Source of the DNA: a bacterium
Lineage (GTDB): Bacteria > SZUA-182 > DTGQ01 > JAFGSM01
Assembly: GCA_049472315.1 (NCBI GenBank)
Contig: JBLIRN010000030.1
Location: forward strand, 1-37,713
DNA: 37,713 nucleotides
Direction: 5' to 3'
The notes below the pieces were generated by a model that saw nothing but the letters and a program-made list of their open reading frames with translations, did no database searches and was not told the origin of the DNA. A program made the translations under genes and the position numbers. Of the stretch, positions 1 through 10,236 are shown piece after piece (the stretch's first letter is position 1; every line of letters begins with the position of its first letter).

Positions 1-4
1 GCTG

Positions 5-1948
5 GTGCTGCCGGAGTATTTCAATGATCCCCCGCAATGGGTCCCCTTCAGCAATCAGTATGTCCATCTGCTCAATTTTGATCAACCCGTGTACGAGAGC
101 AACCTGGATACGGATCCCGGATGGACCCGTGAGGGGATGTGGGAGTTCGGCGATCCGGAGCCCCAGGACATCAACTTCTATGGTCATGCGGGGTGCCCTG
201 ATCCAAACAGTGGCTTCACCGGCCAGAATGTGTTCGGATACAATCTGACCGGGGATTACACGAACCTCATGCGGCCCAAATATCTCACCACCCATGCCAT
301 ATCCTGTACGAACAAGACCGGGGTCACCCTCATATTCCAGCGCTGGCTGGGAGTACAGAGGGAATACTGGGAGGACGACGAGGAAACACGCACCACGTAC
401 GACCGGGCCACCGTAGAGGTCTCCAGTGATGCCGGCCTGACCTGGACGGCCATCTGGTCGAACGGGACCAGCCAGATCGAGGACGGGGTGTACGATGCCT
501 TTCTCCATGCATGGAAGGGGTGGAATCTCCAGTTTTTCGACATCTCTGACCTGGCGGACGGGAAGTCGGTGGCTATCCGTTGGGGAATGGGCCCCACCGA
601 TGGCTCGGGAATATTCTGCGGGTGGAATGTGGATGACGTCGGGCTATACGAGAGTCTCAAGGAGGTGACGGACCCCAACGGGTATTTCCAGTTTCCAGAC
701 ACCGGAGGGGTTCCGGACAACACCCTGGTCTGCCGCCTGATGGGGGAGTATGTGGATGTGCAGAACGAGGATGGCTCCGCCGCCATCTTTACCATTGAAG
801 GGATCGGTGCCGATCCCAATACCCCCTTTGCGGTGGACTGGGATACGAACCATACCACGGTCAAGGCATTTGATGAGCTCAATGCCTTCTATCACGTGGA
901 CCGCCTCTTGCGCACCGTCAAGGGGATCGATCCACTCTATGATGTCATGGACAAGAAGGGCCCCATCACGGTCGTGGTCCGTTATGGGGATAACTACTTG
1001 AACGCCTTCTGGTCGCCACGACACCTGATCTGCTTTGGCGAGGGGGATTCCTGTGTGGATGGGTACAGGAATTTTGTGCATTTTTCCGACATCGTCTATC
1101 ACGAGTATGCCCATGCCGTCACCGACAGCTTCTACTCCCTGTTCATGCCCCCCCTTACCTCCATACGAAGGACCACCGACGGCGAGCAGACCGGGCCGGT
1201 GTTCGTGACCGAGTTTGACGCCATGCACGAGGCATTCTCCGATTACTGGGCATGCACCTTGAACGGGGATTCCATGGTGGGGGATGGGGACTTCTGGATC
1301 GGACACGCCTATGTGAGGAATCTGGACAACTCCTTCAAGTACCCGGATGACTATGGTGACGACGCCTATGCCAACAGCCTCATACTGTCCGGCGCGATGT
1401 GGGAGACACGGGAATTGCTGGGCAGTGAGGTCGCGGACTCACTCTTCCATCTGGCCCGGTACGGTGGGGCAACCACCTTTGACGATTTTCTCGTGGACGT
1501 GCTCCTTCAGGATGAGATCTCGTATACCGGGGAGCATGTATCGGTGATCAAGGATATATTCGGCCTCCGCGGCATAAGCAGGGCGCCTACTGCACCGAGC
1601 GGCCTGGTGGCGGTAGCCGGTGACACCCATGTGGATCTGGAGTGGAGAGAAAATCCCGACAGCGAGGAGGTGGCCGGATATTACATGTACTTCCGAACGG
1701 AGAACGATATCGTGTCCGACCGGGAAGACCCGAGTGTCCGAAGGGATGCAGGGCTGAATACGACCTATCGTCTGGATGGCCTGACTAACGGCACCACCTA
1801 TGTGCTGAAGGTGACCTCGTACAATATCTACCGTGCAGAGAGCGATCCTTCGGAACTCGCCTATGCAACCCCTTATACCGTGTCTTCACTGACAAGCGGG
1901 GGATCGGAGAAGAGGGTGTTTTGCTTCATCGAGTCGGTTGCTCATTAG
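5..1948 (+). CDS. 5'-truncated secreted M4 (thermolysin-like) zinc metallopeptidase with beta-sandwich insert, FN3 domain and C-terminal CFI tail
   Basis: NAFW, HEYAH zinc motif and downstream AMHEAFSDY third-ligand motif; FN3 signature (P..P..L...V.L.W...Y...Y.L.GLTNGTTY...V..YN); ends FCFIESVAH. Its start (VLPEY) aligns to about residue 290 of the next gene (VLPRY), so the true start lies upstream of the window. Confidence 0.85.
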   Translation: MLPEYFNDPPQWVPFSNQYVHLLNFDQPVYESNLDTDPGWTREGMWEFGDPEPQDINFYGHAGCPDPNSGFTGQNVFGYNLTGDYTNLMRPKYLTTHAISCTNKTGVTLIFQRWLGVQREYWEDDEETRTTYDRATVEVSSDAGLTWTAIWSNGTSQIEDGVYDAFLHAWKGWNLQFFDISDLADGKSVAIRWGMGPTDGSGIFCGWNVDDVGLYESLKEVTDPNGYFQFPDTGGVPDNTLVCRLMGEYVDVQNEDGSAAIFTIEGIGADPNTPFAVDWDTNHTTVKAFDELNAFYHVDRLLRTVKGIDPLYDVMDKKGPITVVVRYGDNYLNAFWSPRHLICFGEGDSCVDGYRNFVHFSDIVYHEYAHAVTDSFYSLFMPPLTSIRRTTDGEQTGPVFVTEFDAMHEAFSDYWACTLNGDSMVGDGDFWIGHAYVRNLDNSFKYPDDYGDDAYANSLILSGAMWETRELLGSEVADSLFHLARYGGATTFDDFLVDVLLQDEISYTGEHVSVIKDIFGLRGISRAPTAPSGLVAVAGDTHVDLEWRENPDSEEVAGYYMYFRTENDIVSDREDPSVRRDAGLNTTYRLDGLTNGTTYVLKVTSYNIYRAESDPSELAYATPYTVSSLTSGGSEKRVFCFIESVAH

Positions 1949-2152
1949 ATCCGTAGGCAGGGAGTCGCCGGGGCCTGCGGAAATCCATGCTGGAATCGCG
2001 CAGGGTCTTTGCCGGAGTGTATCAGGCAGAAGGTCAATTATCATACACCGAAGATCATCTTTTGAGCATGCCCCCCCTCCCTGTTTCACATCAAAAAGCC
2101 CATGCAGTCTGAATAATATGAATTATTGCGCATACTATAATCGGTCTTTGCC

Positions 2153-2168
2153 TGGTATTGTATATGCA
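2153..2168 (+). promoter_or_regulatory. possible sigma54 (-24/-12) promoter for the second peptidase
   Basis: TGGTATTGTATATGCA has GG-N10-GC spacing and resembles TGGCAC-N5-TTGCA. A TTGACA-N16-TAGCAT sigma70-like match also lies at 2215-2242. Confidence 0.4.
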
Positions 2169-2253
2169 TGTTAGGTCAAACGAACAGTTATAGGACAAGG
2201 GAGTTATCGAACATTTGACATGAAACAGGATCACCTTAGCATGCAGGGATGAC

Positions 2254-5200
2254 ATGACCAAGCAGTGCCCCTTTGTACCGGCGAGCACCCTGATACGACG
2301 CGAATCCATGGTGCTCATCAGTCTTTTCGTATTCCTCCTGTTGCTTCTTTCCCCAAACCTTACCCAGGGATTCATGTCTCCCCGGACACGTCAAAGGGGC
2401 GTAACGGCAGGGGAAAATACATCCCCTGCGTCGGCCCGGTCCCTTGCCCCGGACACCTTGAAAAATACGAACGAGGCATGGAAGGGCTTTTTCGCGCGAT
2501 ATGGCGAACGTGTCCGTGTCCTCGGCAGGCCGGATTCCGGGCAGGCGTATCGTATCCTCGGGCAAGGGATACAACTGGATGCACCGCGGGGATTCAACGG
2601 CCCGGCTGATGTCACCCAGGGGTGCATTGCCTTTATCCGGCAGAATAAGGACCTGTTCGGCCTTGACATTGATGAGATTCGGCATCGACAATCTACCCAT
2701 CGGGGGGGGATGTGGTTCGTGGAATTCGGTCAGGTATACAGGGGCCTTCCCGTATACGGGGGCACCATCTCCTTCATCCTCTCGGATGCATTGGAGGTCC
2801 TCTCCGTAACCATGGACCACTTCCCGGGGGTGGATGCGCCCGCCCCCCCTGTCTCCGGATTGGAGCAGGCGATAGCCGCCGCACAGGCGGATATGGGTGA
2901 TCCCTCCCCCTTGCCTGAGATGGAATGCATCGGGAAGGAACTGGTCCTCTATCCTCTCGTGGAGGATGAGGAATTGAACTATGTGTGGGCCTGGGACCTT
3001 ACCTTCAGGTCCTTGAAGCCACTCCGAAGACGGCACTACCTCGTCCAAGCGGACAGCGGGCATATCCTGGTAAGAGAGGATCTTGGCAGGTTCCTGGTTT
3101 CCGGGCAGATACGGGGGCAGGTGCTGCCCAGGTATTCACAGGACAATCCGGTGGACGTGCCGCTCCCCTACGCAAAGGTCATATGCCTGAGGGATGATCC
3201 GCCCCTGATGTACGAATCACTCGACAGCAATCCGGGATGGATCGGTACGGCTGCATATGGATGGGAATACGGGAGGCCCACCGGATATCCCGTGGTCGGT
3301 GCAGGGGGACCGGGACCGGAGACGGGCCATACAGGGAACAATTTTTACGGGTTCAGTCTCAATGGGTATTACCCCCTCAACATGTGGGCACCCCAGTATC
3401 TCACCACACTGAATCCCGTCAATTGCGCCGGAAAAGGCGATATCTATCTGCGTTTCTGGCGGTGGCTCGGGGTTGAGGGCTCCGAGGCGGACAGCGCCTC
3501 CATAGAAATTGCCGACGGGGCTACCTCCACCTGGTGGAAGATCTGGACCAATCCCGAAGAGAATATCTACGACGGGGGGTGGCGACTGATACTGCATGAT
3601 ATCTCCAAGTGGGCCGATGGCCGGCAGAATATCTTTCTTCGATGGGGCATGGGCCCGACCAACGGGTACGTGAGCTATTGCGGGTGGAATATCGACGATA
3701 TCGGGATGTATACCAGCACCAGTGCCTTTGCCGATGATGAGGGTTACTACTCCATCACCGGAGAGGCCTCCAAAAACATCCTGGGCTCCAAGCTCGAGGG
3801 ACGGTACTTCCAGATCATCAATGAGGACGGTGCATCGGCGGTGTATACAAAGAGTAGCGTGAAGTCCGGGGCAACCGGACAGAACATGAATATCACCCGT
3901 GTTACCGACTACGACGTGGGCACCAAGGCGGGAACCGTGAACGCCCTCGGGGACATCGATGAAATAAATGTCTTTTATCATGCCAATCACCTGGTACGGT
4001 ACATCCAGGAGATCGACCCGGAGTTCTGGTCGGAGTCGGCCGAATATTTTCCCATTCCGGTTACCATCCGGTATGACAAGGAATACAACAATTCATTCTG
4101 GATGCCCGGGGAAGGGATCTTTTTCGGCGAGGGGGACAAGCTGGAATACGGGAATTTCGCGCATTTTGCGGACATCATCTATCACGAGTGCACCCATGCG
4201 ATCACCGACAGTATCTACGGCACCCTGGAGAGCCTGAGTAAGTGGATAGGGGAGTCAGGCGGGTACGCCGCGCTCTCGCGCTTTTCGGAATTCGACGCGA
4301 TGCACGAGGCGTTCTCCGATTACTGGGCGTGCACCATCACCAACGATTCAAAGATCGCCGAGGGAGGCTTCTGGATCGATCACGACAGCGTCAGGAACCT
4401 GGATAATAACCTCAACTACTTGATCAACTATGGCCAGGAACTTTACCAGAGCAGCCTGATCCTCTCGGGGGCCATGTGGGACCTCAGGCAGGAGTTGCGC
4501 AAGGAATACGGGGACCAGGGGATCGGGATCGCGGACACCCTCTTTCATTTTGCCCGCATGGCCAAGCCCTCCACCTACCTGGATTTCCTGGTGAACGTCC
4601 AGATCGTGGATCAGGTGAAATATGGGAGCGCCCATAGTGAATTGATAAGGAAGACCTTCGGCCTGAGGGGGATCAGCCAGGCCCCCACTCCGCCCAACTC
4701 CCTGATCGTGACCATCCAGAATCGGGGGGCCACCGTTCAGTGGAATCAGAGTCCGGACGCGATCGGGTATAATCTTTACTATGGCCCGTCAAGCGGAACC
4801 TCGCGCCCCCTGCTCGCGGATACCCGTTTCATGCAGAACAGCAGCTCATCCTCTTCCTCCTCCTCATCATCCTCCTCCTCATCCAGTGATCGCACCGAGG
4901 GCGGCGGGGGTATGGAGGGGGGGGGAGGGTCGTCATCCTCGTCCTCGTCATCATCCTCTTCGAGTCAGAGCAGCACTCAGGGGACGAATCCTATTGCTCA
5001 GACCACCTTGTCGAAGGTGGATGTGGGGAACACCACCTATTATCTCCTGTCGGGGCTCGATCCCACGGTTTCCTACAAGGTCCAGGTTGCCGCCTATAAT
5101 ATCTACGGGGTGGAGAGCAGCCCATCGGAGGAGGGATTGATACCAAATTCGGCGACACCCACATCAGGGACCGGGACAGGCGCCGGAACGGATCTGAATA

Positions 5201-5265
5201 CGGACTTCACCAGCGTGGGGCTTCCGCAGGGGTATACCTGCTTTATCTCCTCCTGTCAGCGGTAA
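2254..5265 (+). CDS. secreted M4-like metallopeptidase: signal peptide, FTP/PepSY-like propeptide, beta-sandwich insert, catalytic domain, FN3 with Ser/Gly insertion, CFI tail
   Basis: Hydrophobic N-terminus (MVLISLFVFLLLLLS, start may be ATG 2308); FTP-like FGQVYRGLPVYG and PepSY-like YLVQADSGHIL; HECTH plus AMHEAFSDY; FN3; ends YTCFISSCQR. Confidence 0.87.
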   Translation: MTKQCPFVPASTLIRRESMVLISLFVFLLLLLSPNLTQGFMSPRTRQRGVTAGENTSPASARSLAPDTLKNTNEAWKGFFARYGERVRVLGRPDSGQAYRILGQGIQLDAPRGFNGPADVTQGCIAFIRQNKDLFGLDIDEIRHRQSTHRGGMWFVEFGQVYRGLPVYGGTISFILSDALEVLSVTMDHFPGVDAPAPPVSGLEQAIAAAQADMGDPSPLPEMECIGKELVLYPLVEDEELNYVWAWDLTFRSLKPLRRRHYLVQADSGHILVREDLGRFLVSGQIRGQVLPRYSQDNPVDVPLPYAKVICLRDDPPLMYESLDSNPGWIGTAAYGWEYGRPTGYPVVGAGGPGPETGHTGNNFYGFSLNGYYPLNMWAPQYLTTLNPVNCAGKGDIYLRFWRWLGVEGSEADSASIEIADGATSTWWKIWTNPEENIYDGGWRLILHDISKWADGRQNIFLRWGMGPTNGYVSYCGWNIDDIGMYTSTSAFADDEGYYSITGEASKNILGSKLEGRYFQIINEDGASAVYTKSSVKSGATGQNMNITRVTDYDVGTKAGTVNALGDIDEINVFYHANHLVRYIQEIDPEFWSESAEYFPIPVTIRYDKEYNNSFWMPGEGIFFGEGDKLEYGNFAHFADIIYHECTHAITDSIYGTLESLSKWIGESGGYAALSRFSEFDAMHEAFSDYWACTITNDSKIAEGGFWIDHDSVRNLDNNLNYLINYGQELYQSSLILSGAMWDLRQELRKEYGDQGIGIADTLFHFARMAKPSTYLDFLVNVQIVDQVKYGSAHSELIRKTFGLRGISQAPTPPNSLIVTIQNRGATVQWNQSPDAIGYNLYYGPSSGTSRPLLADTRFMQNSSSSSSSSSSSSSSSSDRTEGGGGMEGGGGSSSSSSSSSSSSQSSTQGTNPIAQTTLSKVDVGNTTYYLLSGLDPTVSYKVQVAAYNIYGVESSPSEEGLIPNSATPTSGTGTGAGTDLNTDFTSVGLPQGYTCFISSCQR
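4840..4975 (+). repeat. low-complexity poly-Ser/Gly coding tract with a G9 run (4917-4925)
   Basis: About 16 Ser codons, then DRTEGGGGMEGGGG, then about 12 Ser codons; mixed TCN/AGY codons. Confidence 0.9.
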
Positions 5266-5270
5266 TCGGC

Positions 5271-5837
5271 CTATTCCCCTTCATTCCCTTTTCCCGTGAG
5301 GATTGTGAAGAGCCTCGAACCCTTCTGTCGTATCTCCTCTTCGCTAAGTCCTTCGAGCTCGTGGGGGAAGACCACCCAGGAGTACACCTTTTTCAGAAAA
5401 TAGTCGGGGGCGAAGCTGGTCACGTTCTTGTCAGGCCGGTAGTAAATGGTTGCCACCCTCACCTGGATGGGAAAGGTCACCGTCTCTGCCAAGACGTTTT
5501 TCACCGCCTCGATGCTCTTTCCGGTATCGAAGATATCGTCCACGATGAGGAGCCTGCCGTCGGGGTGTAATCGCGGGGTTACCTTTTCCATGCCGTCAAC
5601 GATGGCCTCCTTTCGCTGTTCAATGCCGTAGTAGGATTCGACCTTGATTGCGGTATGGGAGGCGGGCCTGCATCCCTTGTACACGAAGAATTCGTGGATG
5701 GCGATCCCGGGAGGGGTCCCCCCGCGCCAGATACCGATAAGGAAATCGGGCCGGTAGCCATCCTCGTAGATCCTTCGTGCCAGGGTAAAGGAATCAATCA
5801 GGAGGGTGTTGGCGTCGATAAAGATTTTTTGCTGCAT
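5271..5837 (-). CDS. type I phosphoribosyltransferase (purine PRT-like)
   Basis: IGIWRGG loop, PRPP-binding motif LLIVDDIFDTGKS, and WVVFPHE tail typical of xanthine/hypoxanthine PRT-like proteins. Confidence 0.88.
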   Translation of the reverse strand: MQQKIFIDANTLLIDSFTLARRIYEDGYRPDFLIGIWRGGTPPGIAIHEFFVYKGCRPASHTAIKVESYYGIEQRKEAIVDGMEKVTPRLHPDGRLLIVDDIFDTGKSIEAVKNVLAETVTFPIQVRVATIYYRPDKNVTSFAPDYFLKKVYSWVVFPHELEGLSEEEIRQKGSRLFTILTGKGNEGE

Positions 5838-6344
5838 ATGACTGGGCTCCTTAAGCAGGATGGTCGTCTTGTTTCCGGCGGTTATGCCGGCAATCGCGAA
5901 AATCGTTCATACCGCAGGTAGTAAATAATTGCCCTCAAGGCGTAATGGATTAAGCAGCCATGTGAGCGGCGATCCCGGCACCGGACCGGCTTCTCCTTTC
6001 ATGGTAAGACTTCCGGCACCGGAATGCAATGCCTGCCGGAATAACCACATTTTGTGGTCCTTTTGGCTGAGCCGTCCCCTCCATTGCCCGCTGAACAGGA
6101 GGGGCCTGTCTCATGCCCGGATAGCCTGCCGTCCGTGCGCACCCGGCATTTCCTTGGGGCCATGCCGGAGGGGAGACATATGGACGCCGGTATACTATAA
6201 TGGCTCCATATGCCGCTGGTTCACGGCTGTCTGCTATAATGCCGTGATCAGGCCGTCACCGTGAGGAAGTGACGTCCTTGAAAACAGGTAATTGGTTGAT
6301 AACGTGCATATACGATTTCAAACAAGGAAGGAGCGATACGCGCA

Positions 6345-7109
6345 ATGGGAAGGATACTCGTAACCACCGGACGGGGGGGAACAGGGAAGACCAGCTTCGC
6401 GGCCCTTTCAGTCAGATTTCTGGCACCCCCTCTGCTGCTTATCGATATCGACCCTGATCAGAGCCTCGGTGAGATGCTGGGGATAGACCTTGCACGGGAA
6501 GGGGTGCGCACTGTGCTTGAGGTCCTGTTCGATATCCAGAAAAAAAGAGGGTACGAGAACATCGGCACCATGTCACTGCCCGAAAAGATACGGTATCTGG
6601 TGAACAGCGAATGCCTCTATGAATCCGGGGAATTCGACCTCATTTCACTCGGGATAAAATGGACCACGGGCTGTTATTGTGTGCCGAATAATCTGCTTCG
6701 GGAGATCATCCCGGGTCTGGCCGGGAACTACGCCGACGTGGTGATCGATGCGCCCGCCGGTCTCGAACATCTCAACAGGCGGGTTACATCCGATATCAAT
6801 GACCTGTTCCTGATGATGGATCCTTCACTGAAATCAATGAACAACATCGAGCGGGTCCATAGGCTCACCAGGGAAACCGGCATCAGGTACGAGAAATTTT
6901 TTTTGGTGGCAAATCATCGATTCACCGAGGATATGCTGAAACACATCCCCACCGGGCAGGGGACCTACCTGGGGTCGATCGCATACGACAGGGATGTTGA
7001 AAGATACAACTTCGAGGGCAGATCGATCCTCGACCTTCCCAAGGACTCCCCGGCGTCGGTATCGGTAAAGGAGATCCTGGAGAAGGCGGGATGCACCCTT
7101 CGCTCCTGA
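6345..7109 (+). CDS. cooC: CooC/AcsF-family nickel-insertion ATPase (MinD/ParA class)
   Basis: Deviant Walker A GRGGTGKT, IDIDPD, metal-binding GCYC and IDAPAGLEHLNRR motifs; RBS AAGGAG upstream. Confidence 0.8.
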   Translation: MGRILVTTGRGGTGKTSFAALSVRFLAPPLLLIDIDPDQSLGEMLGIDLAREGVRTVLEVLFDIQKKRGYENIGTMSLPEKIRYLVNSECLYESGEFDLISLGIKWTTGCYCVPNNLLREIIPGLAGNYADVVIDAPAGLEHLNRRVTSDINDLFLMMDPSLKSMNNIERVHRLTRETGIRYEKFFLVANHRFTEDMLKHIPTGQGTYLGSIAYDRDVERYNFEGRSILDLPKDSPASVSVKEILEKAGCTLRS

Positions 7110-7213
7110 TCAGGGGTGCCGAACCGAAGGCCCCGGCTGACCCCGGTGCTTGTCCGCATTCAACAATGTGTATCCCTTTTCCTCCTCCCCGATGTATTCA
7201 GCAGTTATGAGGG

Positions 7214-7693
7214 ATGCGCGGAAAAAATCAAACCGTAGAGGAAGGGCATATGATGAAAGAGAAAAAAGAAATATTTGTAAAGAGGATTGAGGACATGGAT
7301 GATGAGGAGATCCGAAGGCAGCAGGAGGAGGTGAAGGCAAGGGCAATGCCTCCGATCAGGACGCTCGACTTTCTGTACAACAATGCAGGGGAGATCACCT
7401 ATGAATATCCCGAGCTCACCGCCGTGTGCCCCATGACCTGGATACAGGACCTCTACACGGTCCGCATCACCTATGTCCCCGATGCAAAGGTCCCCGAGCT
7501 GAAGAGCCTGAGGGAATATTTCCTCGCCTACCGGGACATACCCATCCTCCACGAGCACCTTGCCCACAAGATCCTCGAAGATTTCGAGAATGCGGTCAAG
7601 CCCTCCAGGGTAACGGTGCAATTGAACGTGGCGATACGGGGAGGCATTACCACCACCATCCGCATCGTGCGTGGCGCCGCCTCTTTAGAATAG
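7214..7693 (+). CDS. queF: NADPH-dependent 7-cyano-7-deazaguanine (preQ0) reductase, type I QueF-like
   Basis: PELTAVCPMT...D (catalytic Cys and Asp), ELKSLREYF QueF-motif variant, HE and C-terminal RGGI. Start may be ATG 7250 or 7253. Confidence 0.78.
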   Translation: MRGKNQTVEEGHMMKEKKEIFVKRIEDMDDEEIRRQQEEVKARAMPPIRTLDFLYNNAGEITYEYPELTAVCPMTWIQDLYTVRITYVPDAKVPELKSLREYFLAYRDIPILHEHLAHKILEDFENAVKPSRVTVQLNVAIRGGITTTIRIVRGAASLE

Positions 7694-7728
7694 CAGACGA
7701 GGCATGTTTTTTCACTGCCGACATCTAT

Positions 7729-7757
7729 TTGACAATTCTTCAATTGCATTTTAAACT
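7729..7757 (+). promoter_or_regulatory. sigma70-type promoter for the HEPN-MNT pair
   Basis: TTGACA-N17-TAAACT, about 70 nt upstream of an AAGGAG RBS and ATG 7825. Confidence 0.6.
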
Positions 7758-7824
7758 CTTTTCTGACTGGATATAACAATAGTTACTAGCGGTTTCCTGA
7801 AAAAACCTTAAGGAGAATCATTCA

Positions 7825-8220
7825 ATGCCTGAGCGTAGCATGGATTGGTTGAAACAGGCAGAGAAGGACCTTCGGCACGCCAAGAATTCAATCGAATTAC
7901 AGGATTATGAATGGAGTTGCTTTGCAGCCCAACAGGCAGCAGAGAAGGCAGTCAAGGCGCTTTATCAGAAAAAGCATATGGACGCATGGGGTCATACGAT
8001 CAGCATCCTGCTTTCCGAATTGAACGCACACATTTCCTTGACCATACCGGATACCATCATAGACGAGGCGAAGATATTGGATAAACACTATATCCCGGCC
8101 CGGTATCCAAATGGATTTGAAAGCGGGGCACCATTTTATTTTTATACCGAAAAAGAGGCTCAAGAAGCTGTCAGAATCGCGGAGCATATCATTGAGTACT
8201 GTAAGGGTCATATCGGCTGA
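7825..8220 (+). CDS. HEPN domain protein
   Basis: W..QAEKDL..A, Y.WSCFAAQQAAEKAVKA, GH.I..LL and LDKHYIPARYP are the HEPN pattern. Confidence 0.9.
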   Translation: MPERSMDWLKQAEKDLRHAKNSIELQDYEWSCFAAQQAAEKAVKALYQKKHMDAWGHTISILLSELNAHISLTIPDTIIDEAKILDKHYIPARYPNGFESGAPFYFYTEKEAQEAVRIAEHIIEYCKGHIG

Positions 8221-8515
8221 TAAAAAGAAAATAAAGGAATTTCTGAAAGACTATAAGGAATTCTTAAATAAGAAAAATGTCAGCAAGGCATTCCTCTTTG
8301 GTTCATGGGCCAAGGGAAATTACTCGCCTCATAGCGATTTGGATATCTTGATTATTATCGATTCCTCGCCCAAGAAGGTGAGAGACAGGAGTCCTGACTT
8401 TTTACCGCGCCGTGCGCCAGTTGGAATCGATGTATTCGTCTTTACGACAGAGGAGGCGGAGAGGAGTCCGTTTGTGAAGAATATTCTGAAAGAGGCAATC
8501 CCTTTGATCGAGTAA
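8192..8515 (+). CDS. minimal nucleotidyltransferase (MNT), partner of HEPN
   Basis: LFGSWAKG..SPHSDLDIL (GS-X10-DXD) and later IDVFV. Likely TTG start at 8192, overlapping the HEPN end (ORF track start 8111). Confidence 0.85.
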   Translation: MSTVRVISADKKKIKEFLKDYKEFLNKKNVSKAFLFGSWAKGNYSPHSDLDILIIIDSSPKKVRDRSPDFLPRRAPVGIDVFVFTTEEAERSPFVKNILKEAIPLIE

Positions 8516-8751
8516 TATAAGCCGCTCCTCGTCAATCTCCTCTCGTGCACACCTTTTTTCTCATTCTGCCTGTTCTGAACGGCAGGTCCTCCGGGACTAC
8601 TGACAGCCATGGACACTGCAATGGGGTTTCCTATCTGCTCAAGATATTGAGCAATTACAGAATTCCCATGATCCGGTTGACTTTACAGGGGCATTCATGG
8701 CATGATTATGAAAGAATAGCCAATAAGTGCATGGATTTTTTAATCAATCAT

Positions 8752-10232
<1,481 letters not shown>

Positions 10233-10236
<4 letters not shown>

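Noticed and set aside
5838..6344. tRNA-Sec, riboswitch or real ORF in the PRT/cooC spacer, including a hairpin at about 6177-6212 and the tiny ORF MDAGIL
   Set aside because: No tRNA T-loop, anticodon arm or riboswitch consensus was recognised, and the listed ORFs look non-protein-like. An Rfam scan would be needed to exclude this fully.
7696..8533. 7-bp inverted repeat GACGAGG/CCTCGTC flanking HEPN-MNT as mobile-element ends
   Set aside because: Too short to exceed chance, with no target duplication or recombinase nearby.
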